Both the position numbers and the translations under genes were made by a program. Shown one piece after another: positions 1-10,303 of a stretch of 64,000 nt of DNA. The notes below the pieces were generated by a model, which ran no database searches, was not told the DNA's origin, and worked only from the letters and a program-made list of their open reading frames with translations. The DNA is taken from positions 31,033 to 95,032 of IMG/VR virus record IMGVR_UViG_3300045988_078724, one strand, 5' to 3'. This stretch comes from a virus. Within the stretch, counting starts at the first letter, position 1, and every line of letters starts with the position of its first letter.

Positions 1-3000
1 GAGTCTGATTTCAAGGATTATTATCGTAAGATTTATGGTCGTGATCCCAATGCAGAGGAAATGGCTGTTTTTCGTAATTCTAATGCTGATGTAGGTAGTG
101 CTATATTTGCCGCCAATATGGGTATAGTAGGATTATCTAACTGGCTTCTTTTTGGTAAGTATATAGGGTTAGGAGGCAAGGCTATACCAGGGTTGGAAAA
201 GAAGCTCAACAAGCATTTATTTGGATTAGGGACGGAAGTTGCGAAGCCGGGAGAGATGGCTATTAAAATAACCAATCCCAATATAGGACAAAAGATAGCA
301 GGCAATGTTTTCAATATCATGAAAAGGCCGGTGTCCGAAGGCTTATGGGAAGAAGGATCTCAAGGTGCTGTTCAGAATACGGCTGAGGAATATGTTAAGT
401 CAAGATATGATAATGTAGCCATGAACGGAGCCGTTGATGTTCTTGATGCTATTTCTGAAGGATTTAAAAAGCAATATACGTCTAAAGAAGGATGGACTGA
501 AATAGGAATCGGTGCTATTATCGGTTCTTTGTTTGGTATGAGGGAAGGCTTCTTTGGGGTTAAAGAGTATAGCAATAGTCAGATCTTGCTGGAAAGGCAA
601 GTGAATGAATACAACAAAGCATCTTCTAATCTTAACACGGCGGCTTTGAATACGTTGAAAAAATCAATGAGTTTAGGGCCTCAAGTTCGTTCCGATGCCC
701 AGTCTATGACTGGCAAGGAGCTTGATGATGCTATGTTTGAAAAGATGTCTATTGACAACCAAATGGGAACCTTAGAGGATTCGGCTGAAAATTTTAGGCA
801 GATGATTGATATGATGCCTATTTCGGAAATAGCCGAAGCTAATGGAATGTCTTTGGAAGAGGCAAAGAAATACAAGGATTCTATTATTGATAATTATAAC
901 AATCGTCTTTCGGATTTCAGATCTGCCCAGAGTTTTGCCGAAGATCTTATAGGTGATGATTCTAAGATTGAGTTTAGGAAATACGTGGCTCGTAATGCCT
1001 TCCTTGGTCTTCAATCAGAATCAAGAATGAAAGACATAGCTTCTGTCATAGAAACGCTTTCGGGGCAGCCTCGCGTGGCGGATGCTCTAAGTACGTTCTC
1101 CCGGCTGTCGGACAGGGCAAGGGAGCGGGCGATGGCTATCCGTGGCATACGGTCAAGAATAGAAGAACTTGAATCCGAAATAGAAGATCTTGCTACCCGC
1201 CCTCGCAACGTAGAAGGGAAAGATCCACAAGCTGAATCCATACAACGAAAAACCAAAGAATTGGGAAGCCTTAGAACCAATTACAATAATTCGTTGTCTG
1301 AGTTATCAACGTTAATAGGAAAAGAGTTTTCGATAGAAGAGCTGGTAAGTAAAACCGAATCTGTTTTATCATCTCCTCTTTCTCCCATAAGTTCACAAGA
1401 TGTGATAGAAGCCTATGATACGCTTGTGGCTTTTGATGATTATTTTAATGTAAAATCAAGACAGGAAAAGAAGTTTACAGCCAAAGACAAAGCCATGAGA
1501 TCCTTGGTAAATGAATACCGAAGAAGTTTGATGGACTATAGGAATATGAATAACTTCTTGTCTAAGATGCTTGATAAAAGATTCTTAGCTGAGGAAAACA
1601 GGGGGTTTTCAAAAGCGCTGTCTTCTCTATGGTCTACTCCTTATAAAGGGGATGACAAGGTTCCTGATTTTGCAGAGTCTAATAAAGTTGGTGAATATGA
1701 CACTGATGAGGTAGTAGATCAAGCTGTGTCAGAAGGTAAGATTTCGGAAGACGAAGCTTGGACTATCAAGGCTTTTATGCATGCTCTTGATAAAGTAAGG
1801 GAAGATAGGATGAAGGAAGCAGAAGATGATATAAAAGAGTCACCGCTTACGGAGTCTGTATCGGATGAAGATTATGAGGCTGCTATGGATAATCCTATTA
1901 TGGTTCCGGCCGTAAGGCAGTCTATAATTGATAAACTATATACAGGTAATGCCGATCTTCTTACTGAGAGAGAAAAAGATGTGTATGATAAATACAAACA
2001 AGATTTTGATGATTATGTATCGTCTTTGGGTGACAGTCCCGTTAATCTCATAAAATCATTATCTGAAAAGGCTGATAGGCTTACAAGTCCGAGATCTGTG
2101 TATGAGGATAATAAAGCTATTATTGATATGGCTAAATCCAATTTGGAACCAGATCAAAGGAAGGAACTTGATGATGCTATTTCTTCGTATGTTGATATAA
2201 TGAACAGACGGGACAAAGGGGAGAAAGTTGACGAAGATAAGCTTGCCGATTCGGTATTTACCATAGAAGATCTTGGCCAGGTTGGAAACATCACGGATCT
2301 CCTTCCTTATATCGAACAAAACAGGATTATTGATAAAGGTCGTATTTCCGAATCTACGTTAAGTAATTTTGGGGAGGATGATGCTAATATAGATTCTCTT
2401 GTAAATGAATTAGACGAATCTGATAATACGCCGGGAGCCAATATAGATAGCGCCCAGAATCCAGAGACGTTGATGGTAAGAAGAATCTCCAATGACGGCA
2501 ATGAAAGGTATGAAATTGCAGGTCTTAGAGCCGATAAATTTATATCTTCTATAAAATCATTGGTTCCTATTCAAATAAGCTCTGAAACGAACGCTAATGG
2601 CACTAAAAGGTATTCTCTTAATATAGGTGGAGAAACGGCTACTATAATTGAATTGCCTTATCATGCGAGATGGTCTATAGACAAAGAATCGGCTCGTGTT
2701 CTTAACCGTTACACAGACGTGTCTATTCAGGACGTGGGTAATTCCTATTCTTTGGTTTATAAGCGTCTTGATTCAGATGAGTTGGTTCCGTACAGAACAG
2801 GTGTTGGATTCGGAGAGAATGAGGTAGATAAAATAGATCAGGAAGCATTATCTTCTTTGAAAAAAGGAGATAAGGTTAATCTCGAAATAGATGTAAATGA
2901 TACCTATAATCAGTCTCTTTTTGCCGAATACAATGATGCTGTTCAGTCCGGCGATAAAAAAAGAATAGAATCTGCTGAGAATAAACTGGTGTCCAATATG

Positions 3001-5622
3001 GTTATCAAGGTCATGAGTGGGAACCGATTCGTTTCTGTTGTAAAAGCTGATACAGGAGGCATAGATGGTATAAGTAAAATAAGAAGAACGGCTTTCAACA
3101 AGTGGAAGAAGGATGCCGGCCGGTCGGCTACCATCGGCGTCGGCACGCATGTTGTTGCCCAGACCCTTCCCGGAAGACCGGTGTTTAACATGAAGGTGAA
3201 CGGTCAAGGATATGGCCAGGTAGAAAATCTCCCCATTACCGAAAAAGGTGCTGAAAAAATATCTGATGTAGGATATGTATTAAATGGCAAAGTCGTGCTT
3301 AAGAACGGATCTAAATACACAGGCTTCCCATTTGCTTATTCTATATTAAATGACAAGGGGAATAATTACAAAAATGTAAGAGTTCCGGTAGTCGTCATCA
3401 AAGGTAAAAACGGTCTTAATTATCTTTTCCCAGTTAGCCTACGTTCTGTAGAATCAGAGGAAGGGCAGAAATGGATGTCTTTTATAGATATGCTGCTTGA
3501 ATCTGGTGATTCTGAATTGCTACAGATGGGTCAAGATGACATACAAGATCTTAATGCGTATCTAACCAAGTTAGGTCTTGATCCGGCTTCGTATCAAGTA
3601 TCGTATTTGAATCCTATTTCAGGGCTTAGAAAAGCTCGTGAGGCTATAGAAAAATTATCTACGGTTCCTGATGTTGTTAAGTGGGTAGAAGATGGAAGTA
3701 GGAGCGTGAAAGACATTGTGACGTCTGAAGTAGAATCTGGAATAGATTTCGAAGGTGAGATGTTTGTCGCTCCTAAGATCAGGATTCAGTTTGGTAAATC
3801 ATCTTCCAGCCCTAAGTCGCTTATAGAGGATGATCTTCCTTTCTCTGATGAGGGTAAGACCGTTACTTCTAAAGAAGACGTGGATGTTTATGAAGAGGAA
3901 ATGCCAGAGGAAGGGGCTGTCTGGGAGACTCAGCCGGCGCCATTAGCTCAGCCGGCTCCTGCGGCACAAGCTGCGCAGTCTTTACCTGGCAAGAAGCGTA
4001 CCTCCAGGAAAAACTTCTCTCTTATGTTAAACGAAATAGAATCTCATATAGAAAAAGAAGGATTGCCGTCTTATGCTAATATTTTTGATTTTATAGCAAG
4101 GAAGATTGTAGGAGGTGATTTGAGGTTTCTTCGTGAGAGAGGTAATCCTAAAAGCCTTAAGGAAGAAATGGGATTAGAACCTAAAGGAACAGTAGGTGAT
4201 AAAATATCCACTCCTTCCAGTAAAGGTGGTAAGACCTTAGAAGAATACGTTTCTTGGCTTCGTTCTCAAACAGATCAGGTGGTGGTTGATTATGTTGGGC
4301 CAAGATCTGACGAACAAATTATATCAGAGTTGAAAAACTTTTTGAAATATATTAATTTTGTTCCAAGCAAGGCTTTGAATTATTCTCTTAGAGTCAATGG
4401 CATGGATACCCTAAAAGAATATGGCACAAAAGAGGAAGTAGAAAAAATGGAATCTGATATCAATAGTTTGGTTTCTAAAGTTTTGCCTACGGTGGATAAT
4501 AAAACTGTAGAAGATGTTTCTACTGCAATAAAATCAAACAACTTGCCTGCCATATGGGAGCCCGTGGAAAGCCTTGATATGACAAACGAGGAAAAAATAG
4601 AGTTTTTGAATAACGTAGCAGATTTCCTTAGCGGCATACCAGAGTATGATGCTGTAGTGGAGTCTATAGAGTCAGAATCAGATAATATTTTAAATGATGG
4701 AAAAGAAGGAAGTGCAGAAGGCGGTGCAGTACGCACTGAGGAAGATGGCGATAAAAAGGGAGATGGAGAAGGCAAAGGACAATCCAGAACAAATGTCGAA
4801 GTTAAAGGAAATGTCGAATTACCTGGATCTGAAGAAGGAAGAGTAGATAACTATAGGAAGAACGGAGATAAGTTCTCTGACATTGCTGAAGTTACTTTAT
4901 GGCTACTTAGAAGGGCTGCCGGCATAACCTCTATCCCGGAAGGAGAAGAGGTTTATGTAGAGGGGGATGAGGTTAATAGTATTATGACCGATATGGAATC
5001 AAAGTATGGTATAGACACCATCAATCACTCGCATACGACTAAGGCTATAAGGGATCTTAACGGCGTATCAGGTTATAAAGTAGAATACGGTTTAACCTTT
5101 TTGACATACGATCCTTTTATTAGAATATCCAATCCAAGGAAAGGATCTAAGGCTGCGAAAGACGAACCTCGTATATCCGAAGAGTCGCTTACTCACATAT
5201 CAAGGGTGACAACCCCTTATTTCCTGTACGGCGGTGATGAAGCATATACATCTGTTCCGGCTAAGGTAGAACCTATACCGGAGAAGATAATGGGTCGTAA
5301 TGGCATTAAATTTGGTATGAGTGTAGTCGAGCTAACCAAATTAGGATACAAAAAAGCTGGTGGAAACTGGATATATAAATTCTATATGAACTCAGGTGTG
5401 TATGATTTGTATAATATCAGTACCGGTGAAGCGTTTAGGGCAAAACCGGATCTTGGAGTTAAGATAAGTTCCAGTGCATTCATCCGCTCTTTATCTCAAT
5501 CTGGTAGAAAAATACAAAATATGATGAGTAATATGAGCCAGGAAGAGATAGATAGGAATAAGAATCTCGTAGAAGGTTCTGATAATTCGGATTCGATAAA
5601 TGAGTTAAATAAGGAGTGTTGA
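1..5622 (+). CDS. giant virion/ejected-type protein, 5' partial (frame open from base 1; >1870 aa), coiled-coil and low-complexity segments
   Basis: Uninterrupted frame-1 ORF from window start to 5622; no stop upstream of the first ATG at 61; Ser/Glu/Asp/Lys-rich with QPAPLAQPAPAAQAAQ stretch; no catalytic motif recognised. Confidence 0.7.
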   Translation, partial: ESDFKDYYRKIYGRDPNAEEMAVFRNSNADVGSAIFAANMGIVGLSNWLLFGKYIGLGGKAIPGLEKKLNKHLFGLGTEVAKPGEMAIKITNPNIGQKIAGNVFNIMKRPVSEGLWEEGSQGAVQNTAEEYVKSRYDNVAMNGAVDVLDAISEGFKKQYTSKEGWTEIGIGAIIGSLFGMREGFFGVKEYSNSQILLERQVNEYNKASSNLNTAALNTLKKSMSLGPQVRSDAQSMTGKELDDAMFEKMSIDNQMGTLEDSAENFRQMIDMMPISEIAEANGMSLEEAKKYKDSIIDNYNNRLSDFRSAQSFAEDLIGDDSKIEFRKYVARNAFLGLQSESRMKDIASVIETLSGQPRVADALSTFSRLSDRARERAMAIRGIRSRIEELESEIEDLATRPRNVEGKDPQAESIQRKTKELGSLRTNYNNSLSELSTLIGKEFSIEELVSKTESVLSSPLSPISSQDVIEAYDTLVAFDDYFNVKSRQEKKFTAKDKAMRSLVNEYRRSLMDYRNMNNFLSKMLDKRFLAEENRGFSKALSSLWSTPYKGDDKVPDFAESNKVGEYDTDEVVDQAVSEGKISEDEAWTIKAFMHALDKVREDRMKEAEDDIKESPLTESVSDEDYEAAMDNPIMVPAVRQSIIDKLYTGNADLLTEREKDVYDKYKQDFDDYVSSLGDSPVNLIKSLSEKADRLTSPRSVYEDNKAIIDMAKSNLEPDQRKELDDAISSYVDIMNRRDKGEKVDEDKLADSVFTIEDLGQVGNITDLLPYIEQNRIIDKGRISESTLSNFGEDDANIDSLVNELDESDNTPGANIDSAQNPETLMVRRISNDGNERYEIAGLRADKFISSIKSLVPIQISSETNANGTKRYSLNIGGETATIIELPYHARWSIDKESARVLNRYTDVSIQDVGNSYSLVYKRLDSDELVPYRTGVGFGENEVDKIDQEALSSLKKGDKVNLEIDVNDTYNQSLFAEYNDAVQSGDKKRIESAENKLVSNMVIKVMSGNRFVSVVKADTGGIDGISKIRRTAFNKWKKDAGRSATIGVGTHVVAQTLPGRPVFNMKVNGQGYGQVENLPITEKGAEKISDVGYVLNGKVVLKNGSKYTGFPFAYSILNDKGNNYKNVRVPVVVIKGKNGLNYLFPVSLRSVESEEGQKWMSFIDMLLESGDSELLQMGQDDIQDLNAYLTKLGLDPASYQVSYLNPISGLRKAREAIEKLSTVPDVVKWVEDGSRSVKDIVTSEVESGIDFEGEMFVAPKIRIQFGKSSSSPKSLIEDDLPFSDEGKTVTSKEDVDVYEEEMPEEGAVWETQPAPLAQPAPAAQAAQSLPGKKRTSRKNFSLMLNEIESHIEKEGLPSYANIFDFIARKIVGGDLRFLRERGNPKSLKEEMGLEPKGTVGDKISTPSSKGGKTLEEYVSWLRSQTDQVVVDYVGPRSDEQIISELKNFLKYINFVPSKALNYSLRVNGMDTLKEYGTKEEVEKMESDINSLVSKVLPTVDNKTVEDVSTAIKSNNLPAIWEPVESLDMTNEEKIEFLNNVADFLSGIPEYDAVVESIESESDNILNDGKEGSAEGGAVRTEEDGDKKGDGEGKGQSRTNVEVKGNVELPGSEEGRVDNYRKNGDKFSDIAEVTLWLLRRAAGITSIPEGEEVYVEGDEVNSIMTDMESKYGIDTINHSHTTKAIRDLNGVSGYKVEYGLTFLTYDPFIRISNPRKGSKAAKDEPRISEESLTHISRVTTPYFLYGGDEAYTSVPAKVEPIPEKIMGRNGIKFGMSVVELTKLGYKKAGGNWIYKFYMNSGVYDLYNISTGEAFRAKPDLGVKISSSAFIRSLSQSGRKIQNMMSNMSQEEIDRNKNLVEGSDNSDSINELNKEC

Positions 5623-5978
5623 GTATGAGAAGGAGATTTTTTAATGCTGCGGATAATTTCGTGGGAGGATGTTATAATAAGTTATCCAATGAAGATATAA
5701 AAAGGCTTGGAGGAAAAAGACCTTATGTATGTCAGTTTAATAAAATTCATATACATATAGGACCTGTATTAAAAGATCATGATTCTGATGTTAGTTACAT
5801 AATGTTTAATAGTAATTGGAATTATGGTGGTTATGAATCTATGGTTTATAATCATAGCAATAATGGTATTTTTATATTAGGTGAAAACAAAATTGGTAAC
5901 ATAGAAGATCATATACAAGATCTAACATATTGGTACGAATATGATCCAAGCATTAATGAAAATTATTGTTATTTTTAG
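5616..5978 (+). CDS. hypothetical protein (120 aa)
   Basis: ORF overlapping the giant ORF stop by 7 nt; its TAG stop directly abuts the right-end hairpin of TnpB element 1. Confidence 0.4.
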   Translation: MLSMRRRFFNAADNFVGGCYNKLSNEDIKRLGGKRPYVCQFNKIHIHIGPVLKDHDSDVSYIMFNSNWNYGGYESMVYNHSNNGIFILGENKIGNIEDHIQDLTYWYEYDPSINENYCYF

Positions 5979-5984
5979 GTGATT

Positions 5985-6021
5985 ATGTATTACTTTACAC
6001 CAAAAGCGTAAAGTAATACAT
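5985..6021 (-). repeat. subterminal hairpin (RE / omegaRNA 3' stem candidate) of TnpB element 1
   Basis: atgtattactttac-accaaaagc-gtaaagtaatacat: 14-bp perfect stem, 9-nt loop, immediately downstream of tnpB stop. Confidence 0.55.
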
Positions 6022-6023
6022 AT

Positions 6024-7286
6024 TTATACGGAAATCCGTACCGGGTTCCACCAAAACCCTCTACCTTTTGGTAACATCGTTACATCAAAGGATTCTTTTT
6101 CCGATTTACGGATGATGTTAAAAGCACCATTGATATCAGCATTAATAATACTACCAGAAGAAGTTTTAAACAATCCTCGTTTAATCCTTCTTCCTTTGTA
6201 AGATTCATGTTTACAAATCCGTTCATTATCCAAAAAGCTACATTTTGAAGTATAAGATTCTTCAACGATCTTAACATTAATACCTTCTAATGTCGCTTTA
6301 TACGATACCATACTGATAAACATATTAAAAGGAATAGATACAAAGTTTTGATTATTTCGTTTTCCGATATTGATCTCTTGTTTCCAGCATTTGTTATGAC
6401 CGATTATGATCGTATTAATACCATTGGAAACTACGTGATTAATCAATATCCTACTTGCCTTATGAAGATAATCCTTGATCTTGTTATTTCTTTTGTTGGT
6501 TAATGACCTGATTTGTTTTGAAATTTGTTTGTTATCTTTTAACTTAGATTTTAAGTATGCTAATTTCTTATTATAATACTGGTTGATAGACTTCAGTGGT
6601 CTACCATTGATGATAAAACAAGAACCGGTGTTTGAAACACAAGAGGCTAAATTATCTAATCCTATGTCGATACCAAGGTAGTTTCCATTATCTGACATAA
6701 GATTCTTTTCCTTCTTATTGTAAACTATTTCAAGAACAATATACCCATTCTTAGGAATGAATCTAAGTTGTTGAATATTTTGTTTATTGGTTCTTGTCGT
6801 GAAAGAGAATTGCTTAGGTAACTTAACAACACCTTGTTTTATCCATTTTTGAGAAAAAGCTATGGTTGTAAAAACAGCAGGAAACAAACCATCTTTGTTA
6901 AGATACTTAGGTATTCTAACAAATTCGGAATACTCACCTCTATTCCTTTTATTTAGAAGATTGAAGAAAGATTTGAAGTTTCTATCAACCATCATCAACA
7001 CTTGTTGAGCAACAGGTGTTGGTAAAGCACGATAGTCAACATCATTTTCTGCTCTTAGTTTCTTTTCAAGAGAATAGTAGTTGAGATATTTGTACTTTAC
7101 AGTATTATCATCCTTGTATTGAAAATAGTGTTGTCTAACAACATACAATCCTTTATTGTATAAGTTTTTACACTTATGCAATAGGTCATAAAGTTCATTA
7201 TAATAAACAGAACTTGGCTTGATTGTATGTTGTTCGACTAATCTCATGACACAAATGTAGGAATTATTATCTATATATAAAAACAA
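6024..7286 (-). CDS. tnpB: TnpB-like RNA-guided nuclease (IS200/IS605 OrfB family), 420 aa
   Basis: C-terminal RuvC-III-like motif [21 protein letters not shown] motif, [10 protein letters not shown] RuvC-I-like motif; paralogous to ORF 17149..18339. Confidence 0.85.
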   Translation of the reverse strand: [420 protein letters not shown]

Positions 7287-7337
7287 TTTCTTATATTTGT
7301 GGTGTAAAGTTGTATATAATCACCAAAGTTAATTATT

Positions 7338-9596
7338 ATGGGTGTCAAATGTCAGATAGAAAAGAAGGAAAATAAAATAAAACGGGTTAAGGCTCCTAAC
7401 GGGGAGCCTTCCGTTCTTTACGAAAGTGCTTTAAAAGTATTAGGAAACAGCGAGCGGGCTCTTCAGGTATGGGCTAAGGCTTACACTCCTGGTTTTTTGT
7501 CGTATTACGGTCATTGGAATAACCCGGCTCCAGGAGAGATGTTTAATACCGATCCCAATGGTGAACCTCTTTTAGAAGACGTGCTGTCGTATATGAAGCG
7601 TCAGACTTATTTTGCTGATCCTTTAACGGCTCAGGATGTTAAGGATGTAAGGGATTTCCTTTTGTCTACTCATTATTTTTTCAATGCGTCTTCATTGTCT
7701 AATGCTATTCTCTTCGATTTTTATGTAGATGGCAGTTTGATACTGAATGAGCAGAAATTAAGGAGATCCGGTTTGTATGATGAAACAGAAATAAGTCGTA
7801 TTTTATCCGATCCTTCTGTTTTAAACGAGGTTTCGACTTCCATGAGAAAGTTAATAGATTCTTCTATTAACGAACATGATAGGGAAAAAGATAATTATTT
7901 TATGTCTATTGACTATCAGTATGGTCCTATTGTTTACAAGGAGGGAGTGTTTAACCAATTTGGTAAAAAGGTACCATATAATCCTTCTGAGCTTTATTAT
8001 GCTATGCGTAAAACAGTAGCCGGCATAAAAAACTTTTCTGAATTTTCATCTGCTTTTGAATCGTTGAGAAACTCATACCCTGAACTGGTTGAGAAATTCG
8101 TTTCTGATAAAGAATTTGCCGAATCTATGTTTGATGAGTTCTCATCTACGAATAAGATTCCGGTAATAAACATAGAAGGGGATGATGTGGTAGAAGGCAA
8201 GAGAAGATCCTTGTCTAAGCTACAAGATCTGTCTTATTACAATCCTGGCAAAATAGAGTTCCTAAGAGCTCGTATATCAGCTTATTTACATAGGGCTAAT
8301 GCCGACACCGAATCCGACTTAAGAAGCATGATATGGGATATAGAAGAGGCTTGTACGTGGTTTGGCATAGATATAATAGGGACATCGGAAACTTATGATG
8401 GCACAGAAGAATCTTTGAATAAGATAGATAATTTGATGCTGGATCTTGATATTTATGTGGCCAGGCATAATGATGTAAATTATGCTCCAACGCTGGCATC
8501 TTCTATAGATGATATTCTTGGTGATAGCACAGATTATTATTTTGGATTATTACCGGAGTATATGGATAATTTGAATATCGTTTATTCTGAATCCGATATA
8601 GACCCAGTAGAGGCATTTGAGAAACATTCATTGCTTAAGGTAGGAGATAATCTATATCAAAGGATCAGCAAAGATGATCTTAACGAGATGTATCAAATAT
8701 CAACAGTATTAGCCAAGCACAACCTAACTCATTTTTCTACTAAAATATATCCTGAATCTTGTTTTAAGAACGGCGTTTTGGATAAAGAGAAAGTACGGAA
8801 CGTAGATAATAATACGCTCATGGATTCCATTAAAAAATACGTCAGATCGTTCATGGATTCTCAAAACACAGAGGACATGATAATGACCAGGATGGCGTTT
8901 GGGCACCCGGCGGTACTTGACATTTCTTACGCGGATATGGATCGGGAGTATAGTCGATACATGAACAAAAAACAAGATAGCGAAAACCCATTATCCTTAT
9001 TCGATTTATACCAATCTTACCTTGACAACAAACTCCATAAAACAAAATTATATGATAATGCCTATAAGTATCTTGACTTCAAACCTGGTCCATCTTTGGG
9101 CCTTATTTCTGATGATCCTGATATTTTGAAATCAATAGAATTATCTTTATCTGGAAAAGACAGGTTGATGTTGTTTGATTATAGCATGACCAGTACCGAC
9201 CCTTCTTTATCAGAATTGTTTTATTTGGAGAAGTATGACCCTTCGTATGCCGGGAATGATTTTGAACACTATTTTTACACCAGGCACCCGTATTTGTTAA
9301 AAGAAAAATCGGGCCCTAATATCGTAGAGCAAGATGGTGTTATAACAGCCGAAGGTATTTATGATAATTTTATAAGAGTAGGTAATAAGATATGGTCTAA
9401 AGTAAGCGAGAGTAGTTCCGGCTCTATCTACCAAAATCTGACAGGAACCGAATCAGAGGTGAAATACGATTCTACTCAGAAGGCTAAGACGGTAGAAACC
9501 GATTACGCTCCATACCAAAACAGATCTGGCTTGACGCAAGATATGATCGTAAGCAAGTCTGAATTGGATGATCTTAACAAATTAGAATGCAGGTAA
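7338..9596 (+). CDS. hypothetical protein (752 aa)
   Basis: Long uninterrupted ORF with protein-like composition; followed by hairpin+T-run terminator. Confidence 0.6.
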   Translation: MGVKCQIEKKENKIKRVKAPNGEPSVLYESALKVLGNSERALQVWAKAYTPGFLSYYGHWNNPAPGEMFNTDPNGEPLLEDVLSYMKRQTYFADPLTAQDVKDVRDFLLSTHYFFNASSLSNAILFDFYVDGSLILNEQKLRRSGLYDETEISRILSDPSVLNEVSTSMRKLIDSSINEHDREKDNYFMSIDYQYGPIVYKEGVFNQFGKKVPYNPSELYYAMRKTVAGIKNFSEFSSAFESLRNSYPELVEKFVSDKEFAESMFDEFSSTNKIPVINIEGDDVVEGKRRSLSKLQDLSYYNPGKIEFLRARISAYLHRANADTESDLRSMIWDIEEACTWFGIDIIGTSETYDGTEESLNKIDNLMLDLDIYVARHNDVNYAPTLASSIDDILGDSTDYYFGLLPEYMDNLNIVYSESDIDPVEAFEKHSLLKVGDNLYQRISKDDLNEMYQISTVLAKHNLTHFSTKIYPESCFKNGVLDKEKVRNVDNNTLMDSIKKYVRSFMDSQNTEDMIMTRMAFGHPAVLDISYADMDREYSRYMNKKQDSENPLSLFDLYQSYLDNKLHKTKLYDNAYKYLDFKPGPSLGLISDDPDILKSIELSLSGKDRLMLFDYSMTSTDPSLSELFYLEKYDPSYAGNDFEHYFYTRHPYLLKEKSGPNIVEQDGVITAEGIYDNFIRVGNKIWSKVSESSSGSIYQNLTGTESEVKYDSTQKAKTVETDYAPYQNRSGLTQDMIVSKSELDDLNKLECR

Positions 9597-9644
9597 TTTT
9601 TGTACATATATATAGTTTTTTCGTAGTTATAATTTGGGAAGTGA

Positions 9645-9682
9645 GGCTTGTGAAAGTCTCACTTTTCTCATATATGTACGTA
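9645..9682 (+). terminator. rho-independent terminator candidate
   Basis: aagtgag-gcttgtgaaagt-ctcactt stem followed by ttctc/T-rich tract, just after the 752-aa ORF. Confidence 0.45.
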
Positions 9683-9818
9683 TATCAATAACATACAAGA
9701 AAAGTTAGATTTTCATTGTTTATGAATTATTTTTATTAAGTTTGCAATATTAGTTTCAGGAAGGGATTATGGAAATAAGGAAAAAGTAAGAACCGAACGT
9801 AACTAATAACAGTAGGAA

Positions 9819-10016
9819 ATGAGAATCAGTACCATCAAACGTAACAACAGCATTCATCTTATGCATAAAAACATTATGAATGATTTAGGTCAATTAAGAA
9901 CTGTAGTTTCAAAATCCTATATTTATAATCTGATACAAAATCAAACCGGATTAAGTATCAGAACTATATCCCATGTCTTGAATCACACAAAAGAACAGGA
10001 TACAGATTCTTTGTGA
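9819..10016 (+). CDS. small HTH protein (LacI-type helix-turn-helix-like motif), 65 aa
   Basis: TGLSIRTISHVLNH resembles the LacI/GalR HTH signature (GVSxxTVSRVLN); sits in a 700-bp otherwise non-coding regulatory region. Confidence 0.35.
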   Translation: MRISTIKRNNSIHLMHKNIMNDLGQLRTVVSKSYIYNLIQNQTGLSIRTISHVLNHTKEQDTDSL

Positions 10017-10094
10017 AAAGCATACATTTTCATACATTTGTGTGTTCTTTAGTTTTTAGATTTAAGTTTTTCATGGTATTAGTTTAGATTAGTG

Positions 10095-10121
10095 TAGATC
10101 AGGGTTCGCAGTGATGCGGGC
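10095..10121 (+). other. strand-specific RNA hairpin with GUGA tetraloop
   Basis: cagggttcgca-gtga-tgcgggccctg: 11-bp stem incl. two G-U wobbles (only pairs on + strand RNA), GNRA-type loop. Confidence 0.35.
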
Positions 10122-10303
10122 CCTGGTTTGATTTAAAAAGTATTAAAATATTTGCTATTTAAGATCCTGTTCCTATCTTTGTTTCAGAAACAATGAACAA
10201 CGAGATCCCACCTCTGGTTGTTTGATGTTGAAAGATATTTTTGGCTCATTAGGGTTTGTCATAGTGGGATCTGACATTCTCTTTTGGGCCTATTTTTTTT
10301 ATC

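Larger units (their letters stand above)
5980..7337 (-). mobile_element. IS200/IS605-family TnpB-only element 1 (no tnpA)
   Basis: TnpB ORF plus perfect 14-bp subterminal inverted repeat atgtattactttac/gtaaagtaatacat at the tnpB 3' side; similar taaagt..ta.at motif near the 5' side (7300-7320). Confidence 0.45.

Noticed and set aside
2059-4775. Short antisense ORFs inside the giant ORFs (e.g. 2059..2319, 2848..3207, 4380..4775, 23823..24278) and inside the flotillin repeat (35406..35603)
   Set aside because: Embedded in long, well-supported ORFs on the opposite strand; compositionally biased translations.
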